63,574 nt of DNA. Source: Octopus bimaculoides. Taxonomy: Eukaryota. Made by a program: the position numbers and the translations under genes. Below the pieces are notes generated by a model, which saw only the letters and a program-made list of their open reading frames with translations, searched no databases and was not told the origin of the DNA. The DNA lies in NCBI RefSeq assembly GCF_001194135.2, contig NC_068983.1, positions 116,899,541 to 116,963,114 on the forward strand. The letters run 5' to 3'. This document shows positions 39,543-53,600 of this stretch, piece after piece (within the stretch, counting starts at the first letter, position 1; each line of letters starts with the position of its first letter).

Positions 39543-40559
39543 NNNNNNNNNNTGTGTGTGTGTGTGTGTGTGTGTGTAAACTTCAGTTCAAACTTCAAGC
39601 GTCTGTAAACTACAGTTCAATTTGGAGTACAAATATTATAAACGAAGCAGTCTAAATTTTTTCTCTGTGAGACAAATTTCTCATCTCACTTTTGAAACCC
39701 GTTTTGTTGTCTAGGTTACGAACTGCTCTCCATCTCCACACACGTAGTAGCTGACCTTCGTATCATTCTCTCGTATCGTTCAGCAAAGATGATTTTCTTT
39801 TCTCGTGGTTGTTTTCTTATTCCACGTTTACCTACTGTCTCTACCGTTCGTTTAACTCATCCGATTACCACAAGTAAAGTTATCATTTTTTCGCCTTGCA
39901 TTAAATATATCAATGTCAGGCCCCGTTTATAAGAATCCATCCTTCCTAATGAATATACAATTGCTCCTGACTCATACCTACTTCATGCACTGATACTGAC
40001 AGCGCAAAATGGTCGGAACTCCAACATTTCTTTACGAACTACTACTAACTGCGAATATATTGTTTAGAAACCAACGTAAATGAACTAAAATGACGAAAAA
40101 CAACATACCCTTTTTTCTTTTACGAAGACAGATTACTCCAACCTGTTGCCTTTAAGTGCTTTACTGTCAGTTGTGAATCAAACTGAGCAAATGTTTGACT
40201 AGAACATCGTTAAGCTTGGAAGTTCTCTCGTCTTTTGTTCCTTCTCTCACCAAAATCTTTTCAATGAATAGGAATCTGGTAGCAGCATTCCAGCTAAAAT
40301 ATTTTACATTGACACTTCAACTCCAATCACACGATCGACTTAGGGATTAAGCAACAACACAAAGTCAGATTGTACTTCCTCTATAGACATTTACTCTTCT
40401 TAAATGCTTCAATGTAAATTTGCCAACCAAGTTTCTTTCAAATCAGACACAATTACAATGCATATGAAAAGTGTTTTCTAAACGTGTAACTTAATATCTG
40501 AAGTCACCACAAGTATTTGGCTTCACAATATCTAATATATATATATATATCTAATATAC

Positions 40560-40900
40560 AGATGGCCACAATACAAAAGAATGTCACAGGAAGGCAAGAA
40601 TATTCTTTTGGAGTAAAAGAATATTTCAGCTCTGAGTAGTTATCCGACTTCTACAAAATTCAAGTAAGATAAATAAGAAAAAGTGCTGCTCACATATAGG
40701 GCAACGCTGTTTATAGACACACTGAGACCTTTGGTTCGCATTCAATAGGAGATAAATTCTAATGATTGCTAAACAATGCATATTCTCTTCATCCTGTCCC
40801 AAACAATACTTGCATACCTCTTCCCTGCTTCCAGTGCTGTCTCGCCTCATTGTTTCTGTATTTACCCATTTCTTTCTTATCAGAAATACAACCATCTAGA
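40560..40900 (-). mobile_element. Possible R4/Dong-type LINE remnant
   Basis: REEVCKYCLGQDEENM resembles the YKYLGxDEN RT-thumb motif; same type as the 47.4-49 kb remnant. Confidence 0.3.
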
Positions 40901-42059
40901 ATTATCCCTCTGAATATTATCCTATTAGTATAAACGTGCAAGTTTTCAAACTGAACAAAAAACTCATGAACCGTAGCTGTTTTTAGTATACTGAAAATAT
41001 AAAGGAAACGCCAACTCCTGTATTTATTAATCTGTAATGAATATAAATGATATTATGCCTTAATTTATCAGTGATATTGTTGAAATACTTTCTGTTTACA
41101 CCATACTTTCTAACAGCTACATATACGATGAGAAACACTTTTTTTCTGTAAAATCAATTCATTTTACTTTACAAGGCAAATGTAGAGAACATCAATAGTA
41201 TTACGAGAATAAAAGTGCTGATTCCTTATAACAAAAGGAAAATTAAATACCCAGTAATAGAAAATAACCAAATATCTAACCCGAAGATATTGGAATATTG
41301 GGATTTTGGAGTACGTTTCAGCTTTAAGTTACACATTAACTTCTACTAAATGAATGAGACTATGGGAAGCACATATGAATGCTTACTGAACAACTTTTAC
41401 TCCTACACTACTGCTTCATTTCAATGTACTATTACACTTCAACGCAAATGCATCATACTAGCTTGTCTTTCTCCCACAAAGGAAATCGGCGTTCGTCACG
41501 ACCGATTATCGCATATGTAACTTTCTCTTTTTCTGTAAAATCCTATTCAATAAAAATAGGAACAAAAGCAATTGTGTTTCACCTGTTTAGTCAAAATATA
41601 TTTCTTTTCATATTTGCTTTGGCGATTATTTAATAAAAGCACGGATCCTGCTATCTAATATATAACGGCGTTCTTCAAAAGATTTCACAAAATGTTCTGA
41701 GATTGCTTGATATCGATATCGGTTGTTCTCCTTTGCGATTCCTTATTTACGAAGTTGGTAACGCATAACCTAGACCGTTATTTTTTTCCCTCTTCTATTT
41801 GCTTTTATAGTTTGTCAATCATTAGCTACTTAGAACTTATATTGATATGGCTGTCTGTCGACTGCCACTTTAATATTTGTCTCTTCTAATTTAGTTGATA
41901 TTTTAAACACAACAGTAGATTTTGAAATAGTAGAGAAAATTGACCATGTCACTGCAAGTTGACTAAGTAACCCACCAAGACGACAATGTTGCTAATATAT
42001 ACACTAGTGACGTGTTTCTGTTATGGAGGAGGTACTTAAGTTTAAATGTTCTGGACATT

Positions 42060-42800
42060 TTGAGAGTTGTTTTTACTATGTGTTACGCTGCACGCGACCC
42101 TCCGATACCACCACGGGTTCTTACACAAACAGCCCGCAGTTTGCTGGCCCAGAGAAACTCGTGTGCGCCAACGCTCAGTAAATCAGAAGCCCACCAGGGA
42201 ACAAATGAAGAAGCGAAACGAAGCCAGGAGAGCCGCAAAAAAACCCCCACAAAACGTTGCGTAAAAGTAATTTTTCTTAAACATTCAACAACAACGACAG
42301 TTCTTTTTGTTTCTTTCGTTCCTTTAAAAACACATTTAACAACACAAAGTTCTTTTCTTTTTTTTCTTTTCAAACGTTTAACATCACAAAGTTCGTTTTC
42401 TTCTAAAACGTTTAACAACACAGTTCTTTTCCTTTTCTCTTTCTTTTCTTTAAAAAACACATTTAACAACACAAAGCTCGTTTTCTTTTAAAGCATAAAA
42501 ACATTTACCGGCAACAAAGTTCTTTTCTTTTACATCTGCAACTTCAGTAACCTGGCTAGCCGCAGTATCCCATTACCACAACTTGCCAGTTCGCTACAGC
42601 TGTCCGTGTCTCTCGGTCCGTCTATCTCTCTCTGCCCATGTTTGTCTCTGCTCGTCTCTCTGTCCTGTCTGCCTCTGTTCGTCTCTGCCCGTCTCTGTCT
42701 GACCGCGTTCGTTTCTGTCTGTCTCTCTATCCGACTGCGTTCGTAACATGAAAAATCTGAAAGATTCGAAACACTGAGCCCTCGGCAAATTATACCAACT
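42060..42800. repeat. GC-richer island with TTTAACAACACAAAGTTC minisatellite and GTCTCT-type repeat; unclassified, possibly Helitron-derived
   Basis: About five degenerate units at 42290-42530; CT/GT-rich tract at 42600-42735. Confidence 0.5.
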
Positions 42801-43954
42801 TGGATTTCTAATCAATGATATAATTCTCCATAATCATTTTAATAAAAACAAAATCAATGTCTGTCCTAAAAAAATATGAAAGAAACAATAAATAAATAAA
42901 TAAATAAATAAATAAACGGGGAAATCTTATGAAGTTCTGAATAGAAAGAAGTATCTTCAACATTTTCTATAATTATTTAACAGATTATTTAAACCAATCG
43001 CAGTAGTTGGTGGCATCGCGCATGATGATGCGTAAATAATTCTAAACAAATAAAGAAAAGTATTTAAGAATATTTTAGATCAATTCCTTACCTAAACTTT
43101 TTGTGGGAAATTTCTCAAGCCAACTTGAAATCCATAAAAATATAATAGTTCAAATATCGGCGAAATGAACATTACAGAAAATCACCGAATAAAATCACTG
43201 ATAGAATGGATGAATACCTTTTTCAGTTTATTTTTAGAATATGTTTTAATGAAAATCTGAAGCATAAACACATTTGGACTTAAAAATATTTAAATCATTG
43301 ACATATTAATAGTATTGATTTTACTTTCTGGTAATGCTCATCAAATGAATGGAATGTTAGTAAAAAAATACTTTTAGTTGAGCAGTAATTGAGCTTTTTA
43401 ACCCACGACACTTCTAAATGTAGTTAATTTCAATTTATTCTAACTAAAGCTTGAAGTTACATAGAATTTTGACCAATAAATTGTAGTTATCCGCAACAAT
43501 AAAACTTATCTGCTTAGAGCGAATAATGTGCAAAGAATTCCATTTATTGCTTCATGCAAAATCAATACGGTGAAAAAAATAAATATTTCATTGAAAGCAC
43601 CAGTGTGATAAATATATTCAATCTTTTCAAGGTTGAAGATGAGAAGTATGTGCCAATGTATGATCAATCTTATTAATTCAGTGTGAAAGATATCAGGTTT
43701 AGCTTTAAACCGTTCCCAAAGGCATTAACGTTAATAAAATTATTCCAAACGACACTAAAAGTGGGCCGTGGATTCGCTTCGTTGCAAGCTTATGCTCTGT
43801 TATATAGCTCCACAGTGTGTGTGGAATTATTAATTATATCACTTTACATTTGTGCATACATACATTAATACATACAATTATAAATATACATACATAGACC
43901 TGTAAGCTCTCACGTGTACATAAGGTATATAAATATATGTGTATGTGTGAGTGT

Positions 43955-43999
<45 letters not shown>

Positions 44000-44034
44000 C
44001 TGTGTGTATATATATACATACATGTATATATATG

Positions 44035-44078
<44 letters not shown>

Positions 44079-44085
44079 CACAAAG

Positions 44086-44129
<44 letters not shown>

Positions 44130-44559
44130 TACATACACACACACATGTATACACATAAGCGTTTCGTCGTGTGAACTCTGCTACATAGCGATGTAAAAGT
44201 ATGACCCACAGCACGTCACATTATGTCCTTTATCCTGAAAGTGTATATTACAAAATGCGTAAACTCCATTATTTATGTGCAGCTTACTACATAATTAAAT
44301 TTTCTTTGTAAACATATATTTTGATTTCAATAAAGTTACCACCGTCAATTCCTGCGTTTGATATTTGATAAAAAAAAAAAATCCTTAAATAGATAGCCTT
44401 TATCAAACTTGCTTACCTCCCATTCCACAGATATCATCTGTACAATTTTATGACAGCTAATGGCGCGAGAGTTGTCCAACGTTTTCATATACCAGTAAAC
44501 TCTCAACTTGAGAGCTTAGACAAACACAATATTTTTACATTTAACGTCGGGAAATTCTT

Positions 44560-46800
44560 TAACTGTTTGTGGTATAAACCCTGTGTGCTCATTCATTATT
44601 TTATCTGTTAGATCATACCTTTTTGTGTATCGTGAAAATCTCATCATGCCATACTATATTGCCTCTGTGACATCCCATTGTTCAATATAGCGCTTAAAAT
44701 GGTTCTTTGATAATGGCAACTTAGGCACCAAATCCCCTGCTCTCATAAGCAATGAGGCAACCTAAGCCCTTTCAACTGTACAACGTGTTAGTCGCTACAT
44801 AAATGAGCCATAACCTCTTCACACATAAACATTTAATGAAGCCCTCGGAGCCGTTAAATATAATCACTTTTACACCACCCGCTTTCTATTATCATCAGTT
44901 TACTTATATAATACTGCCAGATCTATGTCCCATTGTGTAGGGCCATACTCCAAGAAAAGAAAATACTTGAGCTGTGTTGATATTCTGGCCAACATGAAAG
45001 TCCAAATAATACAGTAATTCGAGCGCTTTTTTAATGGATCATTATAATATCGTTGCTACACAAACAAATATCGAAGACTCCCTACAAAATATGGCTATTT
45101 TACTGATTCCTAAAGATTCACGCACAAACACGTTTCAGCCACCACGTGGTGGCTGAAACATGTTTGTGTGTGAATCCGATTCGGCCCAGGTTACTGACCT
45201 GGTGGGTCTCTTCCTTCTTTCACAGATTAATCAGCACTTCCAAACCTTTACGGATGTCTCTACAGGGATGACGCATTCACTACAGCCACGCTTTATCACG
45301 ACCTTTTGTCGAGTGCATTAGAGAAACTCTCCATAGATTCTTTAAAAATTATAACCTAAATATTTATTTTGAAAATAACACCAAACTTGCCAATTTCTTA
45401 GACGTTACTCTTGACTTAAATGCAAACATTTATTACCCTTTCCATAAACCCAATCAACTACTATAATATATCCTTTTCTACTCAAGGAACAAGGCCGGAA
45501 ATTTTGGGGGAGGGGACCATTCGATTAAATTGACCATTGTACGAAACTGGTACTTAATTTACCGACCCCGAAAGAATGAAAGGCAAAGTCGACATCGGTG
45601 GTATTTAAACCCAGGACGTAAAGACAGACGAAATACCGCTAAGCATTTCGCCCGGCGTGTTAACGTTTCTGCCAGCTCGTCGCCTTATCACTATAATATA
45701 TCAACGTTTCACCCATTCACCTTGCACTACCCTTAATAGCATAGCCACGGCATCTCTATCGGAATCTCTATCTTATCCACTAATGGAAACATCTTTAACA
45801 ATCACGCCCCGTATTACAACCATGCTCTCTATATCAATATTTTCTGCGAAAGATCTCTGATATTCCCAACACTAAACATTAAACTAAAATTGCATTTCTC
45901 TTTCCGGGTACTAATCTTGGAGCCACCAGACCTTCCACTCACCCAAACTCCATTAATCTTGAAAATACTCTCGAGGCATCGTAATCGCTGGCCCCACGGG
46001 CCACATCGAAGCTATAATGATCTTACGCTTAATAAATCATCTATTAAAATCTCCTATTCCACCGCACCCAGTTTAAGATCCATAATTGCCTCCTCTAATA
46101 GACGCAAATTTCAACGCCTGTCCTCGGAGCCTACGATCTATCCCAATGCATCTCACCCCAGACCCACGTAGTTGCAATAATGTAACCCTTAGGTACCCCA
46201 GCCGACTCAATAATATAAGTCTTAATCATGTTACTGCCCATAATGTTACCGATATGACCACATATACTAGCGGCTACACCCCCTCCCAATCCAACACTGG
46301 AACTGATAGCAACTCACATTCTTCTTTGCTGGTAACGGAGCATACGAACCTGATTTTCTCAACGATCAATTGCAAACCCAGTGCAGGCAGGAAAATCTGC
46401 TAATTTCGGACATCTTAACTATGCCCATTTGAAGGTTTCTATCTACGCAAAAATGTAGTCTACAAATACCGAGTAGTAACACCAACCTCCCACTAAGCAA
46501 GGTCTACATTGGTGGCACTATTAATTTCAAACGCCACTACCGAGCACACACGAACTCTTTCTCCAATCCAACTTCTAAATTATCTACCTCTTTAGCAACT
46601 TATATACATAAACTCAAATTTCAAAACATTTTCTGTACCCTATCCCCAGTGAGGATGCCCGCACAACACTAGCTTCAGCGTTCGTAAACTGTGCTTAAAG
46701 AAATCACTCATCCTTCACAACCACAACTCCTCATTGCTTAATAAATTCTCGGATGTAAACCTTTCATGTGAACGAAGATTCTAGTCATTGTTTGCCTATT
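44560..46800 (+). mobile_element. Decayed Penelope-like element (RT + GIY-YIG)
   Basis: DSAQVTDLVGLFLL, LYRDDA, NFLDVTLDL..YPFHKPN, NKSSIKISYSTAPSLRSII, KNVVYK..KVYIGGTINFKRHY. Confidence 0.8.
45490..45690 (-). mobile_element. SINE family A inserted in the Penelope remnant
   Basis: GGTACTTAATTTACCGACCCCGAAAGAATGAAAGGCAAAGTCGAC..CTGCCAGCTCGTCGCCTT. Confidence 0.85.
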
Positions 46801-47394
46801 TTGTTAAATCTATATAATTTCCTAATTACGATTGACTTTAATTACAATTAACTATAAGTTACAACTTGATTGTACTAGTAACACATCCCTTCCACTGATA
46901 CTAGCATTTCTAATAATCATTCCTCCTTAAGATTACCTTTGCGCATTATTCTTACCCAGCATCTCCTTACAACCACCCGATTCCTTGAATTCTTTCTCCA
47001 TCTTCTACTAGAACCTCCTCAACCAAAAAACACTCAGCCCTAACTAGTACTGCTTTCGCTACCAACCTGTCCATCCCTCTCTCCCTCTCTATCCAAATCC
47101 CTCTATTTATTCTCATACACTTATATATACTCCTGTATGTTCCCCCAAGCCACCAACCCACCTCCATCCTCCAATTTCTCTCTTCAATTAAAGCCACTTG
47201 GCACTACCTACTACTGCCTTCTCTATCAACCTATCCCCCTCTTTCTCACTCTGTCCACCTCCCTCTACTTACTCTCAGGAATTTCAACCATATTTCATGG
47301 TCTGCTACCACAACAGCTCCTTTATAGGATCCAGTTAACTCAAGACATCATCAGGACGAACCGCATCCGGTTTCAGCCCCTACTCCTCTACCGT

Positions 47395-48260
47395 ATTTGG
47401 TCAGTTATACTTACACTTGACAGCTGTTTTGATGGGAATGTTCCACCAGTATTCCTTGTGCTGGTATTTGTGTATGTATTCAATAACAGGAAGATTTTCT
47501 ATATCTATTCCAGGACAGTCTTTTTTCGAAAGGCATTGTATATTGATTGTTTTTGCAACAACGTTATGTCGCATAGGTAGGTAATATGTTGAAATTTTGG
47601 GGCAGCTACTAATCATAAGTCTTCCACATAAATATGTCATAATCTACATTTATGATTGCATCTTGGAACTCCGAGGGTTTCACTATCTCTTTTGTTGATT
47701 AGGCATATAGTAGCAATCTCCTGTTCTTGAGTTGCCAATGCATATGGTGTGATGTAATGGTCACCAGTCCAATAGAGTATACTCTTCATGTCAATGTTAC
47801 TATTTTCTTCAAGTCTACGAGAACCATACGCATGCATGGTCATTTTTTTCTTTTTGGTATTCTGAGAGTTTCACTCCAAGGTTTCTTTGAGGTGTGCTAG
47901 TCCGGTTGACTTGGTGTTGTATGGGAAGCCATCAGAAAGTACTTCCGGAGAAGCTTACTTCCAGAATGTAGATATTGTTTTCTTCACTTTTCAGCACTAA
48001 GTTAACGTATTTATTTTTGCTGCTGTTGTTTAGCAAGTACTGTGTGAGAAAGACTATGCAACATTCGAAGGCTGTTTGCATTAATCTCAAGCCCCTACTT
48101 CTTGTATGTATGTATGTATTTGATGAGGCCGTCTTCCCTGCTGCATATAAGTTTTGTTTCTTTATTTCGGTAGAAATTTTACGTAAGCGTATGCAATCAG
48201 ATTTGACAGTTTGACAGCCATACAAATATACGGGTAATTGGATACCTTTTTGAGTATCGA
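47395..48260 (-). mobile_element. R4/Dong-type (RLE) non-LTR retrotransposon remnant, possibly extending to ~49020
   Basis: RSRGLRLMQTAFEC, QEQEIATICLINKRD..CNHKCRL, ISSCPKISTYYLPMRHNVVAK, EYWWNIPIKTAVKCKYN (zinc knuckle leading into the PD nuclease start). Confidence 0.7.
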
Positions 48261-49400
48261 AACTGTTATTTCAGCATGTGCAAGAGGCTTCACAACCGCT
48301 AATGAGCCAAGGTATTACAATCGGGACAAATTTGTGTTAAGGAAACCACTACTAAATTATTTCCTTAAAAACGCATCTTCGTTATGCCATTGCAAAGCAT
48401 CAATTTGCAGTCTTCGTAAACCAACATAATGAAACCAGTACATATATGTACAAAGGCTGGGGCTTTACAACCTTCACCACTGGTCTGTTTATTGAAATCT
48501 CTAATATGTTTTATCATTATAACCATTAGTTGGAAATTTTCTCATGACCCAACTGAATTATGCCATTGGATAGTCTTTTTATGATCTCATTGCAGTGGAA
48601 TATTTCATTACAAACACAACTAATCTGTTCATGTATTTGTTTTGCAAGATACCTGATGTGAAATTTTGTGTTGAGACAGATATTGTTACATTTCAGGTTG
48701 TTCTTTTTTTTCTTTACCAAATAGCCACATGTACCAAATACTTGGTCTTCCCTTCAGCTTTATTATTATTCTTATTTTAGTGTCCTTTGTCTGAAACATC
48801 CTGTGACACCGTCGGCGATTCTTCATCTACCATGTCTCGTCCTTTTCTTAAACAAGACAGGAGGAGATACGTGGGATGGAATAATAAGTTAAGAACGAGT
48901 ATATAGTGCGTGTAGTTATTTGGCAAAAGAATTACCATCCCGACATATAACAATATATCATTACAACCATAACAGAAGTCTTTCATTGTAATCGACAGAG
49001 ATGTCACTATTGCAACCACTCAAATTTCAGTTCAACTATTTACATTTTCTCGTTACAGTGAACACTCATCTGGATAGCTGTATCAATACAGCTACTACTG
49101 AGCTGTAAGATTACAAGCACCGCTAAACTATTTCAATAACTTCAGCTGACTTTTGTCATTGGAACTACTGATCTGTGTCATTTTAACATGGTTTACTAGA
49201 AATGCTGAAATATCATTTCAGCCATCGCTGAATTGTTTTCATTACGTATATTCATATTTCTCTGCTTTACGATCTTCGATTTTCTAATAAATCTTTAACA
49301 TTTATGAAATATTTGAAAGTTATTTCTCTGTTTATTTATTTGTTTTGGGGCAACGACATGTGATACATATACACATGCAAACATACATAGAAAGAGAAAG

Positions 49401-49463
<63 letters not shown>

Positions 49464-49929
49464 NNNNNNNNNNNNNNNNNNNNNNNNNNNNNNNNNNNNN
49501 NNNNNNNNNNNNNNNNNNNNNNNNNNNNNNNNNNNNNNNNNNNNNNNNNNNNNNNNNNNNNNNNNNNNNNNNNNNNNNNNNNNNNNNNNNNNNNNNNNNN
49601 NNNNNNNNNNNNNNNNNNNNNNNNNNNNNNNNNNNNNNNNNNNNNNNNNNNNNNNNNNNNNNNNNNNNNNNNNNNNNNNNNNNNNNNNNNNNNNNNNNNN
49701 NNNNNNNNNNNNNNNNNNNNNNNNNNNNNNNNNNNNNNNNNNNNNNNNNNNNGTGTGTGTGTGTGTGTGTGTGTGTGTGTGACAATAATATTAAGGATAA
49801 AAATCCAAATTTACAGGTAAAAACTCAATTAAATTCAATTTATTAAAAATTAAAATTAAATTAAAGATGTGCAATTATATACATGTGGAAAATCATAGAA
49901 AAAACTTGTTCCAAACTTTGGTGTTGTCT

Positions 49930-50280
49930 CTTACACAAACAGCAGGACGGGGCGCTACCAGATGGTTCCAAAGATCCAAACATTGCCATCAGGATACAGG
50001 ACCAGATACTGCAACAGCTTAGGCTTCAAAGGCCTACAGCTCTTTAATATCCCCCACAAAGCTTGAGAGATCTGCAAGGTGTGGACGTAGGATTTAACAA
50101 AAGAAAAGAAAATCTATCAAGTGTACCGGATGAACCTACCTCTAGGCAAGAAACACAGATGGAGGCAACAGTATCAAACTCCCTCATCCAGCAAATGTCA
50201 CATATCAGAGGAGGTATAGCGAACGTGTAGCAAAGTAAATGGTGGTGCCCCAGCATGGCCTCAGTCTTTGGACAGAAACT
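49930..50280 (+). mobile_element. CR1-group LINE 3' end
   Basis: RYCNSLGFKGLQLFNI..LSSVPDEPT C-terminal motif; tail GGTGGTGCCCCAGCATGGCCTCAGTC. Confidence 0.65.
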
Positions 50281-51009
50281 TAGAGAAATTAATATTATAT
50301 ATATCGTTTTTGTATTTGGTTTGTAAGACTTTTATGTTAATTCGTGTCTTGAAGCATATTTTGTTGCATCTGGGGAGAGTCATTCTGTTTTAATGCCTTT
50401 TTAATTAACACTCACCGGTTCGATTTCCACTTATTTATTATCCTTCTTCAAAAATTTTAGTCGCGTCTTGCAAGCTCATCATTTGTAATCGACTCTGTCC
50501 GTTATCGGAGCTGCGCTCTTTTCGTTTGTTTGTGCACATGTGCGTGCGTCAGAGTACATGTGTGTACACATATGTATGTATGTATATATGCGTCATTGTG
50601 TGTGTACGCATATATATGTATGTATGCATATGTGTGCCTTTGTATGTATTCTGCATATCATGCGTTTGTGTGTGTGCATATTTGTGTGTTTGTATGTGTG
50701 TTTATTTGTGTGTGTACCTCTATCTTTCTCCTTGTGTGTGTCCATGTATATGGGTTTATGTGACTGTACATGTGTCTGTTATGTATGGATGTATCTCCAT
50801 ATGAGTCCCTGTGTGTGGAGCAGGCATGTGTCTATATGCTTATGTGTCACTGTCTCCTTTTGTGTATGTATATGTGTTTGTGTGTGATTGTTTGTCCGTA
50901 TTATCTATGTATCTATCTACTTATCTATCTGTTTGCCTACATATTCACTTACCTACCTACATATATATTGGCGTGCATTACAACCTACAAACAAATCTAC
51001 CAGTGTATG

Positions 51010-51088
<79 letters not shown>

Positions 51089-52740
51089 AAACATTCAGTC
51101 ATCCTTACGGTAACAGAGGAACAGATTGCCATGGATAGGACAGCCTGTAAGACTGCCTATCCGCGATGGAGCCAGCCAGCTCCTCCAAGCAGAATNNNNN
51201 NNNNNNNNNNNNNNNNNNNNNNNNNNNNNNNNNNNNNNNNNNNNNNNNNNNNNNNNNNNNNNNNNNNNNNNNNNNNNNNNNNNNNNNNNNNNNNNNNNNN
51301 NNNNNNNNNNNNNNNNNNNNNNNNNNNNNNNNNNNNNNNNNNNNNNNNNNNNNNNNNNNNNNNNNNNNNNNNNNNNNNNNNNNNNNNNNNNNNNNNNNNN
51401 NNNNNNNNNNNNNNNNNNNNNNNNNNNNNNNNNNNNNNNNNNNNNNNNNNNNNNNNNNNNNNNNNNNNNNNGTGTGTGTGTGTATATATATATATATATA
51501 TCACAACAATTACGATTTTCGTTCTCATTCTCTTATTCTCCATTTAGAACCCATAGAGATATCATTGTAAGGTTGTCTGTCTACGTTTTATTGTCCAGGA
51601 ATTGACTTCTGTGAGAGTGTTGTAAAAATTACCGAAAAATACGAAACAACATCTAAGAAACGGATTGAATCGGATAATTCTATTACTTGTGTATATTGAA
51701 CATAATTTTGTATATATATATATATATATATGTTCAATTTGATACTGTATTTTTTATGAAATCCTCGAGCGACACAGGAAAATTAAATTTTTGTTAAATT
51801 CCATAATCAGTGGGGAAGCTCATTCTATTTATTTATTAGTATGTACTGACTTTGTAATTTATTTATGTTTGTAATATTTGTAGAAAATCCATGCAATTTA
51901 TTTTCACGTCAGGTTGAAGTAGTGATCAATCTTTATCGTTATGACTAATGCAAACATGCAACAAAATCCAGTGAAGAACGTTATATTTTTTCTTATGCTT
52001 TTGGGCAGTGAAATATTTCTTTTAACATTCTTGAATTTTTTGAAATATTTCTATAATTGATATGTTTTTTATCATTGGGACATTTCTAATAAAAAATATG
52101 AGCCTCGTGACAGTCTTGTGTTAAAATAATTTTGATTTTACATCCACTCCAAATGCACCCATTTCATTTACGAGAATTGTTCTTTATATTATCTTCAGTT
52201 CTTCGGTCTATTTTTATGAATTAATTTAATTTTGTACTTGTGGTACCTTTTTATGTTGAGACACGCAAAATTGTGTTTCTTATTGTCATACATTTTCAAA
52301 TTCCAGTTTCCATAGATTTCTATACTATTCATCTCAGGCTTAAAAACGAAGAGGAGATTTTATCACTATCTCAGCGTTGCATAAAAATTATAATAGACTT
52401 AATGATTTTCTACAGATTCATGACTTTCTTTTAAAATTTATAGATTTACTCTGATATATTTCTTTCCTATATACAGTGTTTTTTTTATGTTTATATTTGC
52501 TATTTTACTTCAGTGGATCCTTTTTACAAATAATCAATGTGATGACAGGATTTTTATATGAAAATACGTTCGTATTATATAATTTCTTCATAATCTTCTT
52601 TCGCATTTCTTAATATCTTTTAAATTATATTATCTTATATTAAGCCACTATAAATTCTCCGAACGCGTAATTTGATTTATTTATCAGCCATTTCTGCATG
52701 TTATCCTGATCTCATCGATGTCACGCTTTATATATATATA

Positions 52741-53160
52741 TATAAGCAAAATAAGACGAGGTAAAAAGTGCTAAAATAATATTTTATCATGAAGAATATT
52801 GTAGTACCGGTTCCAGTCTTTGCCACTTTTTCATCTTTGAGTAAAGTATGAAAAACTATTAAATTGTGTAAAAATTAAATGAAATGTTTTTTTTCTAATA
52901 TCTCCATTGTTTTCAAATGACAGAGACATTTTCCTTTTTTCTGTCTGTCTTTTCGCTCTCTTTTACTCATGTGAGATCTTGGTAGCATTTGAAAACTATG
53001 GAAATTTAAAAAAAAAACACTTCATTTAATTTTTCCACAAATTAATTTTTTTTTTCATGCTTTACTCTAAGTTGAAAAGGTCACAAAGACTGAAACCGGT
53101 GCTAAAATGCTCATGATAAAATTATTTTATCATTTTCTATCTTGTCTTACTTTGCTTATA
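52741..53160. mobile_element. MITE with ~180-bp imperfect TIRs
   Basis: TATAAGCAAAATAAGAC..ACCGGTTCCAGTCTTTG is the reverse complement of CAAAGACTGAAACCGGT..GTCTTACTTTGCTTATA. Confidence 0.8.
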
Positions 53161-53344
53161 CATATCAACTCGTGTGTTCCTTTTTCACCTTCTACACTCA
53201 CCCCCCCCCCACACACACATACACACTACAGCGTCTTTACTCTCCAAGTTCAAATTCAATTGGTGTCAACATTATGAATTTTCATTGACTGTGTCCATAA
53301 AAATAATTATCAGTTATGTAATTAGAAAATCACGTGTATGTATA

Positions 53345-53600
53345 TATGTGAGGACGCATGGCCTCGCTATTAGGGTGTTGCACTCACGATCGCTAGATTG
53401 TAATTTCAATTCCTAGACTGAGTAGTGTGTTATTTTCTTGAGCAAACACTTCCCCTCGTATTGCTCTGCAATCACTTCGACGCGTGGCACACTGTGCACC
53501 TATTCAGACAGCGTCGATTTGATGGAGAGAGCGAGCTAATGTGCGGCACGAACATTTGATCATTATAAACGAACCATTTATGTAGGTCATTCGGCAAAAT
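53345..53600 (+). mobile_element. Degenerate CORE-type SINE (fourth family)
   Basis: tRNA-like head GGACGCATGGCC..TTCAATTCC, then TTCTTGAGCAAACACTT. Confidence 0.55.

Noticed and set aside
40630-40663. Short plus-strand AG..GTAAGA exon
   Set aside because: Inside a probable LINE remnant; weak pyrimidine tract
47514-47576. Apparent plus-strand exon GQSFFERHCILIVFATTLCRI with good splice sites
   Set aside because: Lies antisense within the R4-type LINE (YYLPMRHNVVAK); shows how easily false exons arise here
1889-51471. Long ORFs containing X runs (1733-2601, 3817-4243, 27932-28536, 35552-36423, 49336-49785, 50888-51605)
   Set aside because: They read through N-gaps (1889-2499, 3988-4188, 28061-28324, 35665-36258, 39543-39552, 49464-49752, 51196-51471)
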